Source of the DNA: Stegostoma tigrinum
Taxonomy: Eukaryota
Direction: 5' to 3'
Assembly: GCF_030684315.1 (NCBI RefSeq)
Contig: NC_081387.1
Coordinates: 20,146,678 to 20,210,677, forward strand
DNA length: 64,000 bases
The position numbers and the translations under genes were made by a program. This document shows positions 12,047 to 25,155 of the stretch, piece after piece; positions within the stretch are counted from its first letter, which is position 1; the number at the start of each line of letters is the position of its first letter. Under the pieces are notes generated by a model. The model saw only the letters and a list, made by a program, of their open reading frames with translations, was not told the origin of the DNA and did no database searches.

Positions 12047-13478
12047 GCTCTCTCAGTTTGTCAGGAGGTGGCTGATATACCGATTTAGATGGTGAGAGAG
12101 GTACGTAACATTAATAGTTCTCAAAGCGCGAATGGAATTATTTGCTGTCTCCACGTAGATGACACAGGATATGCGATTTGTGGCTGCAACTGAGATCTCT
12201 TCACCTTTAAAACGGCCCTGGCTTAGAGTTTTGAAATTGTCAATAAATATCTTGATGACAGCGTTTGATAAGTAGGGAACGCAGACCGTGAAACAAAGCG
12301 ACGACCCACATGACATGAGATCTGGGCCCGAAACGTCAGTTTTTGTGCTCTTGAGATGCTGCTTGGCCTGCCGTGTTCATCCAGCTCCACACTTTGTTAC
12401 CCACATGACATGTATGTGTGATCTTATATTTAGGTGGTGGAGAGTCCCTGCCCCGCGCATTTCTCCATGACGATGGACTTTAAGATGCGCAAAGGGGAGG
12501 AAGGAAACTATCGGTTCTGTTACAGCGGGGTCAAAAATTTTCATTCACCTAATCGTGGTTCTGTGATTCCAGCCATAATGTAACTCAGGCAACTAAGGTC
12601 CCCGGGTATGCTGGCCAAGTGGATTAGCCACGGTAGATACAATTTACAGGGTTAGGGTGAGCGCTGAGCCTGGGTGGGATACACTTTAGAGGATCGGTGC
12701 AGACTCGATGGGCCGGATGGCCCTTATCTGCACTGCAGGGGCACTGTGGTTCCGCAATGCTTACAGTTACTGATGTCGTCAACATTTAGCCAACATCCCA
12801 GTTCCGGTGTGGAGTTTGCAGGTCTTTGACATCTGCTCTCATTGAGCTCGTCGTATGACAAGTCGGTGTTCGTGATCCTTCATCAGGTGGTTGTGAAATC
12901 ACCCCCACCACGCCCAACCTCAAGCAAGCCTAAGCGGAACAAGCAAGGCTGATACTATTCTGTTGAAGGCGCTGCCTTTCAGGAGAAGCTTCGAATAGTG
13001 GATTGGTATTGTGTTCGGATTGACTGCCCGGCGGTAAAGGTGCTTTCCGAGGTCGTGAGAGACGTTGTAGAACCCTTTGCGTTTGCTCTAAACGTCCGGT
13101 CACTTCGCTTGAAACGAAAAACTTCAGGGAATCATGTTGCTTGTTGAGGTGTGTTACGACTGAATCCAGATTCTATGCTGGTTATGCTCACAGTCTCCGA
13201 GATCAATATAAATGGCGTTTATCTGCGTGCAGAACCATCCACATAGCCCAATCATTTATATTAGCTATTACCCGCAGAGTTAACTTCTGCTAGTTATGTT
13301 GATGGAGCATAAAGATCTCACTTGCAGGTTTAATTTTTAACAGAAAGAGTTCAAAAGTCTTTTTGTGTGTAATCGAAACAAAACAGTGAAAACGAGACTA
13401 ACTATAGATTTTCAGGAATAAAGTTCAGAGTGCATTTGAAAGGTTTAAAATATAAAATGAATATTTTGTTCACTAGTT

Positions 13479-15712
13479 TACATAGAACATAGAAAAGTAC
13501 AGCACAGTACAGACCCTTCGGCCCACGATTTTGTGCCGTGGAATAATCCTAATCCAAAAATAAAATAACCTAACCTACACTCCCCTCAATTCACTGCTGT
13601 CCATGTGCATGTCCAACAGTCGCTTAAATGTCACTAAGGACTCCGCTTCCACGACTACCACTGGTAAACTATTCCATGCGCTCACACTTCTCTGGGTGAA
13701 GAACCTCCCTCTGACGTCTCCTCTATACCTTCCTCCTAACACCTTAAAGCTATGACCCCTCATGGCAGTCAATCCTGCCCTGGGGAAAAGTCTCTGGCTA
13801 TCGACTCTATCCATGCCTCTCATTACCTTGTACACCTCGATCAGGTCACCTCTCTTCCTTCTTCTCTCCAGAGAGAAAAGTCCGAGCTCAGTCAATCTCA
13901 CCTCGTAAGACAAGCCCTCCAGTCCAGGCAGCATCCTGGTAAACCTCCTTTGCACCCTCTCCAAAGCCTCCACATCTTTCCTATAATAGGGCAATCAGAA
14001 CTGGGTGCAATATTCCAAGTGTGGTCTCACCAGGGTTTTGTAGAGCTGCAGCATAACCTCGAGGCTCTTAAACTCAAACCCCCTGTTAATGAAAGCCAAA
14101 ACACCATATGCTTTCTTAACAACCTTATCCACCTGGGTGGCAACTTTGAGGGAGCTATGCACCTGAACACCAAAATCCTGCTGTTCCTCCACACTGCCGA
14201 GAATCCTGCCTTTAATCCTATATTCAGCATTTATGTTCGACCTTACAAAATGCATCACTTCGCATTTATCCAGGTTGAACTCCATCTGCCATTTCTCAGC
14301 CCAGCTCTGCATTCTGTCAATGTCTCACTGAAGCCTGCAATAGCCCTCGATACTATCAACGGCACCTCCAACCTGTGTCATCAGCAAACATACTAACCCA
14401 CCCCACAACCTCCTCATCCAAGTCATTTATAAAAACTACAAAGAGCAGAGGCCCAAGAACAGAACCCTGTGGGACACCACTCAGCACTGACCTCCAGGCA
14501 GAATACTTACCATCTACAACCACTCTCTGCCTCCTGTCAGCCAAGCAATTCTGAATCCAGACAGCCAAATCACCCTGTATCCCATACCTCCTGACTTTAT
14601 GAATGAGCCACTTGTGGGGAACCTTATCAAATGCCTTACTGAAGTCCATGTACATCACATCCACTGCTCAACCCTCGTCAACCTGTCTCGTGACTTCCTC
14701 AAAGAACTCAATAAGATTTGTAAGGCATGACCTGCCCCTCACAAAGCCATGCTGACTCCCTTTAATCACGCTATGCTTTTCCAAATAGTCATGAATCCGA
14801 TCCCTCAGAATTCTTTCCAAAACCTTGCCGACCACAGACGTAAGACTGACTGGTCTGTAATTTCCAGGGATTTCCCTATTCCCTTTCTTGAAAAGAGGAA
14901 CAACATTTGCCCCCTCCAATCTTCTGGTATGACTCCCATGGAGATTGAGGAAGCAAAGATCTTTGCCAGCGGCTTAGCAACCTCCTTTCTCATTTCCCGG
15001 AGCAACCTAGGATAAATCTGGTCTGGCCCTGGGGACTTATCAATCTTAATGTTTGCCAAAATTTCCAGCACATAAACTTCCTCAGTCTCGATCTGTTCAA
15101 GCCTGTTTTCCTGCTCCTCAAAGTTCTCATTCGCAACAAGGTCCCTTTCCTTAGTGAAAACCGAAGCAAAAAACTCATTTAGGGCTTCCCCTATTTGCTC
15201 AGACTCCACACACAAGTTCCCTACGTTATCCCTGATTGGCCCTACCTTCTCCCTGATCATTCTCTTATTCCTCACGTATGAGTAAAATGCCTTCGGGTTC
15301 TCCCTAATCCTTCCTGCCAAGCCTTTTTCGTGCCCCCTCCTGGCCCTCCTCAGTCCACTTTTGAGCTCCTTCCGAGGAAGCCTGTAATCCTCTAAAGCTG
15401 TGCTAGACCCTTGCTTCCTCCACCTTACGTATGCTGCCTTTTTCTTTTTGACAAGAAGCACCTCTGTACCCGTCATCCAAGGCTCCTTAATCTTACCCCT
15501 TCTTACCTGTCTCAGAGGAACAAATTTATACATCACTCACAACAACTGCTCCTTAAACAGCCTCCACATGTCTGCTGTGCCCTTTCTGTGGAACAATTGC
15601 TCCCAATCTGTACTTCCCAACTCCTGTCTGATAGTGTCATAGTTTCCTTTACACCAGTTAAAGATCTTCCCTGGTAACTGCTCCTTTCCCTTTCCTTGGC
15701 TATGGTAAATGT
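13479..15712 (-). mobile_element. Relatively young 5'-truncated CR1 LINE (ORF2 RT, frameshifted)
   Basis: Consecutive ORF pieces [56 protein letters not shown]; (ttctatg)n 3' tail at 13479. Confidence 0.95.
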
Positions 15713-15857
15713 TTCTTTGGAAAGCAATTAAGAAAATGCATCATAACCTGACTTAGTGATTCTGATTACGCTTCCTTGACAACTTGATGGGAAAGCATAG
15801 GCAAAGTTAACAATTGTCTGTTTGCTGAACATACTTAAAAGAACTTGGTGGTTGAAG

Positions 15858-16125
15858 AGACGATGGACTAGTAGTAATGTCACTTGACCTGTAAATCAGT
15901 GTAGTCCTCCAGGTGGTCCCACAGCAGTTGCAGTAAAAGACATTGAACATGGAATATATTGCTAGAGTCAATGATGGTACAATCAATTGTAAGTCAGAAA
16001 CTTACCTGGTTCTCCGGTACCTTAAGGAAGGCCATTTATCTCAAATGTGACTCATAACTGACAATTAGTTTAAGGGCACTTAGGAACAGGTAAATGCTGA
16101 CCTTGTCAAGCTATGTTCACTTCTT
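15858..16125 (+). mobile_element. Deu/SacSINE1-type SINE (head + tail)
   Basis: gatggactagtagta head, decayed body, aagggcacttagg...taaatgctg tail. Confidence 0.55.
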
Positions 16126-16365
16126 ATTAAAACTAGCATTCAAAGTAGAGGTGGAAAGGCAAATGAGCCTTAAGCAGAAATAAACACAATTTGTTTTTAA
16201 AGAGATTTCATCCATTAAACTCATACCTTGTTCTAAGATTTTAACATACAGAATAAACACAAGGCATTATGTCGCAAACAGAGTATTGAGCATAATGTTG
16301 AATGTGCATTTTGTGGAAGAAATGCTGAAGGAAATCTAAAGCTGGATCTCGGATTATTGAGGTAG

Positions 16366-19300
16366 AAAATAGAACATAGAACAGTACAGCACAGGAACAG
16401 GTCCTTCGGCCCTCCAAGCCTGTGCTGACCATATTGCTATTCGACTCATAGGGTCATAGAGCATGGAAATAGACACTTTGGTTCAACATGTCCATGCTGA
16501 CCAGATATCGTAAATAAATCCAGTCCCATTTGCCAGAATTTGGCCCATATCTCTCTAAACCCTTCCTATTCATATACTCATCCATATGCTTTTTAAATTT
16601 TATAATTGTACCAGCTTCCAACAGATCCTCTGGCAGCACATTCCATGCATGCACCACCCTCTGTGTGAAAAAGACGTCCCTGAGGTCCCTTTAAAATCTT
16701 TTCCTGCTAAACTAATCCTATCAGCTTGCACGTGGCCTGTGTCCCTTTATTCACTTGTTTGTTTAAATTCACACGTACTACCCTCTTGTAAAGAAAATAC
16801 TTTCCTAACACATCTTTAAACTTTCTCCCTCTCACCTTAAACCAATGACCCTAGTATATGACAGTGGGAAAAAGACTTCGACTATCCACTCTATCCATAC
16901 CTCTCCTTATTTAATATACTTGTCTTAGGACTGCCCTCAACTTCTGATGCTCTAGTGAAAAACTCCAATTTTGTCCAACCTTTCTTTATAACTAATACAC
17001 TACAATCCACTCAACATTCTGTTAAAATTCTTGCACCCTCTCCAAAGCCTCAACATCCTTCCTATAGTGCGGCAATCAGAACTGTGCCGACTACACCAAA
17101 TCAGCATGACCAAAGTTGTATACAGATGCAACGTAATTTACCAAAGTTTATACTCAATGGTCCGACCAATGAAGGCAAGAATGCTTCAGACATAGTAGGA
17201 ACTAGGCCCGAAACATCAGCTTTCTCTGATGCTGCTTGACCTGCTGTGTTCATCCAGCTCTACACCTTATTTTATCTTATTTAAGGCAAGAATGCTGTTT
17301 ACTTTCTTTATCACCGTATCCACTTGTGATGCCACCTTCAAGCAGCTATGTTCTTGGACCACAAGATCCGTCTGTATGTCAATGCATGTAAGGTCCCCGC
17401 TCACTGTAACTTTTCCACTTGCATTTGACCTCCCAAAAAGCTTCAATCACACTTGTCGAGATTAAATCCTATCTGCCGTTTATCTATCCAACTTTTCAGT
17501 GGATCTATTTTCTTCCAAATTCATTGCTATCCTTTGTCACTCTCCACAACTCTACCCATTTTTATGTAATCTCTAAGCTTACTAATCAGAATAAGGGCAA
17601 TTTCATTCAAATCATTTACATATACTGCAACACCAGAAATCTGTGCATTGATCTTGTGGAACACCACTGACCACAGAACATCAGTCAGAAAAACACCCAT
17701 CGACAATTACCTTCTGCCTTTTGTGATGAAGCCAATTTTGTACTGAGCATGCAAATGCACCATACAATTGATGCAAATTGACCTTTTGGATTAACCTAAC
17801 ATCAGGGACCTTGACAAGTGCTTTATAAAGTCCATGTTGACAACATCCACTGCCTTACCCTCATCAATCAATCAGTCTATTCTTTTCCAACTGCAAGTCA
17901 ATCCTGTACCTCAGCATTTTCGCTAATAATTTCCCCACCAATGACATAAAGCTCACAGACAAATAATTTCCTGGTGTATCCCCGTTATCCACCCTCAATG
18001 AAGGAGCATATTGGCTTTTGTCCAATCTTTTTGGGCCTCCCTTGTTGCTAAAGAGGATGCAAAGGTCTTTGTGAAGACCTGAGCAATCTCCATTTGTGCC
18101 TCCTTTGGTATGCCATCAGATCCTACAGACTAATCTATCTTAATGTTTTTTTCAAGACATAGCTCTTTTTTCTGCTTAATGTTAGCATGTCTTAGAGTAT
18201 CAACAAACCCCTCTCTAAACTTACCTTCATCCATATCCTTCACCTTGGTGAATACCAATGAAAAATATTCATTAAAGATCTCACCCACTTCCTCTGACTC
18301 GACACAAAAATTCTCTGTCTTGTCATTGGATGAACATACCCTTTCCCTAATTACTCTCTTGCTCCCAAAATACATATAAAATGCCTTCAGATTCTCATCA
18401 ATCCTACCACCTAAGGACATATCATCCCTTCTCTATCCCTCCCAATTTCATTTTTAAAGTTCTTTTCTATTTCTTTTATAGCCCTTCTGTTTCCTAAACC
18501 CATGTCTCCTTTTACTTTCAACTAAACTTATAAAATTTCTCATCATCCACTGCTCCTGAATCTTGCCACCCTTATTTTTCATCTTCACAGGAGCATGTTG
18601 GTTCTGAACACTGGTCAAATGTCAGATGTGGATTTACCTTCAAACGCCTGGTCCCAATCCCATTTTTCCAGTTCCTGCCAAATAGTTTTGTAATTAGAAT
18701 TCCCCAATTAAGCACTTCCATCCAAAGACTAGTCTTATTTTTTCCCATAATGGTCTCAAAATTTACAGAATTATGATCACTTTTCCCAAAATGCTGCCCC
18801 GGCTGGAACTTCAAACACCTGGGTAAGATAACCCTATATTACAAGGACTGATATGTCCTTTCCCTAATTTTATTATCTCCATTTTGTTTCAAGAATCCAT
18901 TCTGGATTCCCCCAACAAATTCAACCCTATCTCAGCTACTGGCACAGTGGGAGTGCCAGTGAATATTTGGGAAAATAAAATCACTCACTAAACCAATCTT
19001 GTTTTTACATCTTTACATGATTTACTGACATATCTGTTCATTTACTTCCCGCTGGCTGTTAGGAGGCCTAATATCAACCCGTTAGAGAGATGGCAGTCTT
19101 CTTATCACTAAGTTCTACCCATTGCATCATTGGATAAGCCGTCCAAAATGTACTGTCAATGCCGCTGTGCCATTCTCCTTAATCAGCAAAGCATTTCTCC
19201 ATGCCTCTTGCACGCCTCTCTAGCACGCCTGAAACATCTAAATCCTGAAATGTTGAGCTGCGAGCCCTGCCCTTCTCTCAACTAACTTTCAATAATGGCT
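16366..19300 (-). mobile_element. Stack of CR1 3' ends plus a long decayed CR1, with a Penelope fragment at ~17190-17275
   Basis: catagaac/tcatagag tails; ORF remnants NLKAFYMY...NEYFSLVFT and GKSDHNSVNF. Confidence 0.8.
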
Positions 19301-20029
19301 ACAGCAAAGATCAGATGCATAAAGAATGAAACAATATCCTCATGGTATGAAATTACAACAGATCTGCATTCATTGGGTAGGCAATATTAATGGGATTTTA
19401 AAAGCATAGCCAAATGCGCGTTTTCCGTAGAAAAGTACTATTATGTTTTGGATTTTTTTTAAAAAGGTATAGCCAATGTGAGACATGTTTTTGCTTGATG
19501 AAACTAGGGAATGGAGCAGTTAAAGAAAGTAGTGTCAAGTCTTTTTTATGAGATCAAAAACTGATTTGAAAATAATTAGTTACATTCATGGTGCAGTCAG
19601 GTTTTGTTATTGAATATTTCCAAATAGCAAGATATCATAACTGGAAAAAATGTATATGTGATCCTAAAATAAAACAAGCACTGCAGATACTGGAGATCTC
19701 AAGCTCACACAAAACGATTGTTGGAAACTCAGCATGTCTGGCAGCACCTGTGAGAGAGAACAATGTTACCGTTTCAAGTCCATTGGCTTGAAGAGTCCAG
19801 ATGTTGCATGATCTGCTGATTTTCTCCTGATTTTTCCATTTTTGTGTATTTTTTATCTGACCCATTGATTTAACAAAGTTGCTTCAGGAATGGATTTTGG
19901 TAAGTGTTACAATTAAGTGTTGAAATTCTGAATGGACTCTTGCTCTGGGACATTTTATTTTCAATCAAAGCAGCCAATACGTTATTGGTTAAATTTCAGA
20001 TTTCAGGAACTTGGCCTTTTTAAAAATTC

Positions 20030-20715
20030 ATTCAGGGAATGTGGACTTAACTGGTTGGGTCAGCATTTATTGCCAATCCCTGGTTGCTCTGGGAAGATGG
20101 TGATCAGTTGCTTTCTTGCGTCTCTGAAGTTGATTTGGTGTTAGTACATCATCAATACTGTTAGATTAGGAATTCCAAGAATTCTATCCAGTGTAACTGA
20201 ACAAAGGCAAGTAGATTTGAGTGGCCGAGATAACAAAGTGTGGAGCTGGATGAACACAGTAGGCCAAGCAGCATCTCAGGCTTCTTGCATGTTCTGGTGT
20301 TTCATGTTCTCCTGGGTACTAATGATCATGGGTCTCAAAGATGCTGTCTAGGCATCTTTAGTGGATTTCGGCAGTGCATCTTATTGATGGTGCACATTAT
20401 TGCAACTGGACTGTGGTTGTAGGGGGAGTGAACGTTTATGGTTACGAGACCAATCTAGCTAGTTGCTTTGGCCTATATGATAGCAAGATACCTGCCAAGC
20501 TCCTTGAACGTTTTTGGAGCTGCTCTCATTGAAACAAATAGGAAGCATTACATTATATTCATGTCTTATAACTTGAAGATGGTCGGTAGGCTTTGGGAAA
20601 TCAAGAGATGACTTATTACAATGCAGGGTTCCTAGCTTCTGACCTGGTCCTGTAGCCACAATATCTGCATGGGTCAGCTTGGTTTATGGACAATGGTAAT
20701 CCAGAGAATGTTGTT
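20030..20715 (-). mobile_element. Family-B LINE 3' fragment, interrupted by a Penelope fragment
   Basis: Matches 21945-22600. Confidence 0.7.
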
Positions 20716-21944
20716 TCCTAAAATATCTTCTTATGTTGTCAGGTTAAGTTTTGGAATTGGGCTTGTTCCTGGAGAGAAACTCCGATGAACACAAAAGAAC
20801 ATCTTGCTGAATGGAATAGATCAATAGGATTCTAGAGTATAGTTGTCAAGAAGATACGCCTCCAGGAAAGGTGCTACAAAAATGATCCCTTTCTCCATTA
20901 AAATTTCTCAAATTCCAGGGAGGCAAGATGAATAGATTAACTTTCCTCGATAATTAATGTTAATATCTGGGTGCACACTCGTTATTTGCCTCTGCACTAG
21001 TATTTCTCTTACAGCTAGGCAATTACAACTCCATATAGGATTGCAGACACCATGGCTTGAGTTCTATATGCTCACATATGTTTTCATTACACTTCATTAT
21101 ACATTAATATAACGGAATATTTGCCATTTTCCCTGTAGGAGTCAACAATATTATCATGCGCACAGAGTCACATACAGGCCATACCGTGCAGATTTCATTC
21201 CCTAAGGTACTTTACAACTTTAGAGAACCAGTCGATACTGATTTGACCTGGTTGGGACAAGAACTGGCGACATGATGTAAACATTTGTTTTTACACAGAT
21301 CGTGGTTATTTCGTGGAATACGATGCATATAAGTGTGGGAGAGGCAGTTTTTAAAAGTGGGATAGACGAGTAACTGAATGCAGATCTACTGGGAAAAACG
21401 GATTGTTTGAATTTTTCTTACAGAGAATTGTCACGGACATGATGGGTTGAACTGTCTCGTTATGTGCTCTAACCATTCTAAGATTTTATAACTTACGTTA
21501 GTGAACAACATGGCTCACGAGATAACAGGATAATCTTATTACCACCACAAATTTTTAAAACTTTTAAAATCAAATCTAAATGAATATTCCTTTGGTAGAA
21601 CAGAATTTTGAATATTAAAGGAAAACAAAATTTTAAAAAAGCAAATTTTCCAACAACACTGAGCATAGGTGCAAGGGTTATTCACCTAGGAGTCTAGATC
21701 ATAATCGAAGGACACAGCTGCCGTATTACCCAGGTTTGGTACTATTGAGGCAACTCTGTCATCTCTTTCCCCGTGGTCAATGAGGATTAAGGTTGCTATC
21801 TTTGTTGCACCACTTTTCGTTATTGTGTTAGCACTCATACTTCAGCATATTGCAAATTTTAATTTATAAAGAAACTACTCTTGAAGTCTCGTTGATGTAG
21901 CCACCTACAATACATAGACTAAGCGCTTTTGATCCGTTCATAAC

Positions 21945-24900
21945 TTTTTTTACGCATTTGTTGGACGTTGACATTGCTGGCTGGCCAGCATTTGTTGCCC
22001 GTCCCTAGTTACCCTTGAGAAGTTAGTGTCAAGGTGCCTTCTTGAACTGCTGCAGACCATCTGTCCCATTAGTGATATACCATTAGGGAGCGAGTTCCAG
22101 GATTTCGACACAGCAGCTGTGAAGGAACAGTGATATATTTCCAAGTCAGAATCGTGAGTGGGTTGGAGTGGACCTTAATGGTGGTGGTTCTCCCATATAT
22201 TAGCTTCGCTTGTTCTTTTAGTTGGAAGTGATAATCGTTCTGGCAAGTGTTCTCTGAGGATCTTTGGTGAATTTCTGCAGTGCACCTTGTAACTATTACA
22301 CAGTCCAGCTACTCAGTATTGGTCATGGAGGGAGTGGATGCTTGTGGATGTAGTGCCAAACAAGTGGGCTTTGTCCTGGATGGTGTCAAGCTTTTTCAGT
22401 GTTGTTGGGGCAGCAATGATCCAGGCAAGTGGGGAGTATTTCATCATATACCTGATTAATGCCATGTAGACGGTAGACAGGCTTTGGGCAGTCAGGAGGT
22501 AAGTTACTTGCCGCAGTATTCTGACTTGCTCAGAGAGCCATTGTGTTTATCTGGTGAGTCTAGTTGACTTTTTAGTCAATGATAACTCCCAGGATGTTGA
22601 TAGTGAAGGAGTCAATGAAGGTAACATCAGTGAATATCCAGGGGTGGTGGTTAGATTGTCACTTTTTGGTGATGGTCTTAGTCTGGCATTTGAATGGTGC
22701 GAACGTTACTTACCACTTGTCAGCCCAAGCCTGGACATTGTCCTAATATCGTTGCATCAGTACGCCCTGCTTGAGTATCTGAGGAGTTGTAAATCGTGCT
22801 GAACATTGAGCAATCATCGTTGAACATCCCCACTTCTGATCTTATGATGGAGGGAAGCAGTTGATGAAGCAGTTGAAGAAGGACACAACCTTGAGCAACT
22901 CATGCAGAGATGTCTTGGAATTGAGATAACTGACCTCCAACAACCGTCTTCCTGTGTGTCAGGTATGACACCAAACATCAGACAGCTTGCCCTGCGATAC
23001 CCATTGACCTCAGTTTTGCTCGTGGTCCTTGGTGCCACATTCAGTTGAATGCAGCCTTGATGTCAAGGGCTGTTCCTCTCATTTCACCTCTGGAGTTCAG
23101 CTCTTTTGTTCATGTTTGAACCAAGGTTGTAATGACGTCAGGAGCTGAGTAGCCCTGGCAGAACCAAACTGGGCGTCACTGAGCAGATTATTGCTAGACA
23201 GGTGCTGCTTGATATCACTAATGGTGGCACCGTCCATTACTTTAGTGATGATTGTGAGTTGACTGTTCTGGCGGTAATTGGCCGAGTTGGATTTATCATG
23301 CTTTTCATGCACAGACCATACCTGGACAAACTTCCACACTGTCGGGTAGATGCTGTGTTGTGACTGAACTGGAACACCTTCGCTGTGGGAGCAGCAGGTT
23401 TTGGAGCACATATCCTCAGTACGATTGCTGGAATATTGCCAGGGCCAATAGCCTTTGTAGTGTACACTGTCTCCAACTATTTCTTTTTATCACGTAGAGT
23501 GAATTGAATTGACTGAAGACTAGTATCTGTAATGCTTCAGCCACCGGAGGAGGCAGAAATGGATCATTCACTCAGCTGAAGATTACTGTGAAAGTTGCAG
23601 ATTTATATTTTACTCTGGTGTACTAGGCTCTTCTATCATTGAGAATGAGGATATTTGTGGAGCCTCCTCCTCTGCCAGTGAGTTATTCAGTTATCTACTA
23701 CCATTCAGGACTAGATGTTGCAAGACTACAGAGCTTAGATCTGATCCGATGGCTATGTGATTGCTTACCTCTGTCTATCACTTGCTGCTTATGCTGTTTG
23801 GCATGTAAGCAGTCCTGTTTGGCGGCTTCAAAAGGTTGGCATGTCATCTTCAGGTAAGTCTGGTGTTGCTCCTGGCATGCCATCCTAGATGCACCATTGG
23901 TCCAGAGTTGATCTGGCTTTATGGTTATGGCTGAGTTGAGAATATGCCAGGCTATGAGGTTACAGATTGTGCTGGAGTAGAGCTCTGTTGCCATTGAAGG
24001 CCCACTGTGCCTCATCGAGACCCAATCTTGAGTTGATAGATCTGTTCGAACTCCGTCCCACTTAACACATAGATAGTGCCACACAATACGATTGAGGTTA
24101 TTATCAGTGTGAAGGTGGAAATTTGTCTCTACAGGTCTGTGCACTGGTTACTCCTTTCAATGCTGTGATGGACAGATGCACTTGCAGCTGGTAGATTTGT
24201 ACGGACTAGGTCAAGTACGTTTTCCATCTTGTTGGTTCCCTCACCCCCTGTCACAGGCACAGTCTAAGCAATGTCCTTCAGAACCCGACCAACTCAACCA
24301 GTGGTACTGCTGCTGAGTCACTGTTGGTGGCGAGCACTGAAATACCCCCACCCAGAGTACATTTTGTGCCCTTTCCATCCTCAGTGATTCCTCCAAGTGT
24401 TGTTCAACATAGAGGAGTGCCGATTCATCAGCTGAAGGAGAACAGGACGTGTTGATCAGCAGGTGGTTTCCTTGACCATGTTTAAAGCAAAGCTACAGAC
24501 TTCATGGGGTCTGGAGTCGATGTTGAAGACTTCCAGGGCAACTCTTTCTCGACTGTATATGGAGACGAATGCTGGGTTTGTCCAGCGGGTGGGACAGGGT
24601 GTCTCCAGTGATGGTGATTGTGGTATTTGGGATATCGTCTATAGCGTACAATACCGTGAGTATGACTCTGTTAGGTTGTTGCTGGACTAATCTGTGAGAC
24701 AGCTCTCCCAATTTTGGCACTAACCCCCACATGTTAGTATGGAGGACTATGTAGAGTCGACAGGGCTGTTTCTACCGTTGTGTTTTCCACTGCCAGGTGA
24801 TCTTCCCGGTTTCACTTCTTTGAGACTTTGTAACGATTGGTACAACTGAATCATTTCAGAGGACAATGCAGAGTGAACTATATTGCCGTTGAGCTGAAGT

Positions 24901-25155
24901 CACATGTAGCCCAGACGAAGTGAGGATGGCAGATTTCCTTCCCTGAAGGATATTAGTGAATCAGACGGGTTTTCCCCCACCCCCCACCGACCATCGCAAT
25001 TCGTTTCAAGGTCATCAGTATGTTCTTAAATCCAGATTTTTCAAGTTGAATTCAAATTCGACTATCTGCCGTGGCGAGATTCGAACGCACATCCCTAGAA
25101 TATTAGTTGAGTTTCTGGATTAATAGTCTGGTGATGCTACCACTCGGCCATCTCG
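21945..25155 (-). mobile_element. Near full-length family-B LINE (CR1/L2 group) with tRNA-type 5' head, decayed APE+RT, no ORF1
   Basis: A box TGGCCGAGTGG 25150-25140 and B box GTTCGAATC 25086-25078. APE start (WGLVPKLGELSHRL) at 24732. RT remnants KAIGPGNIP, ANYR, LLSDAQFG. A-rich 3' end at 21945. Confidence 0.85.
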
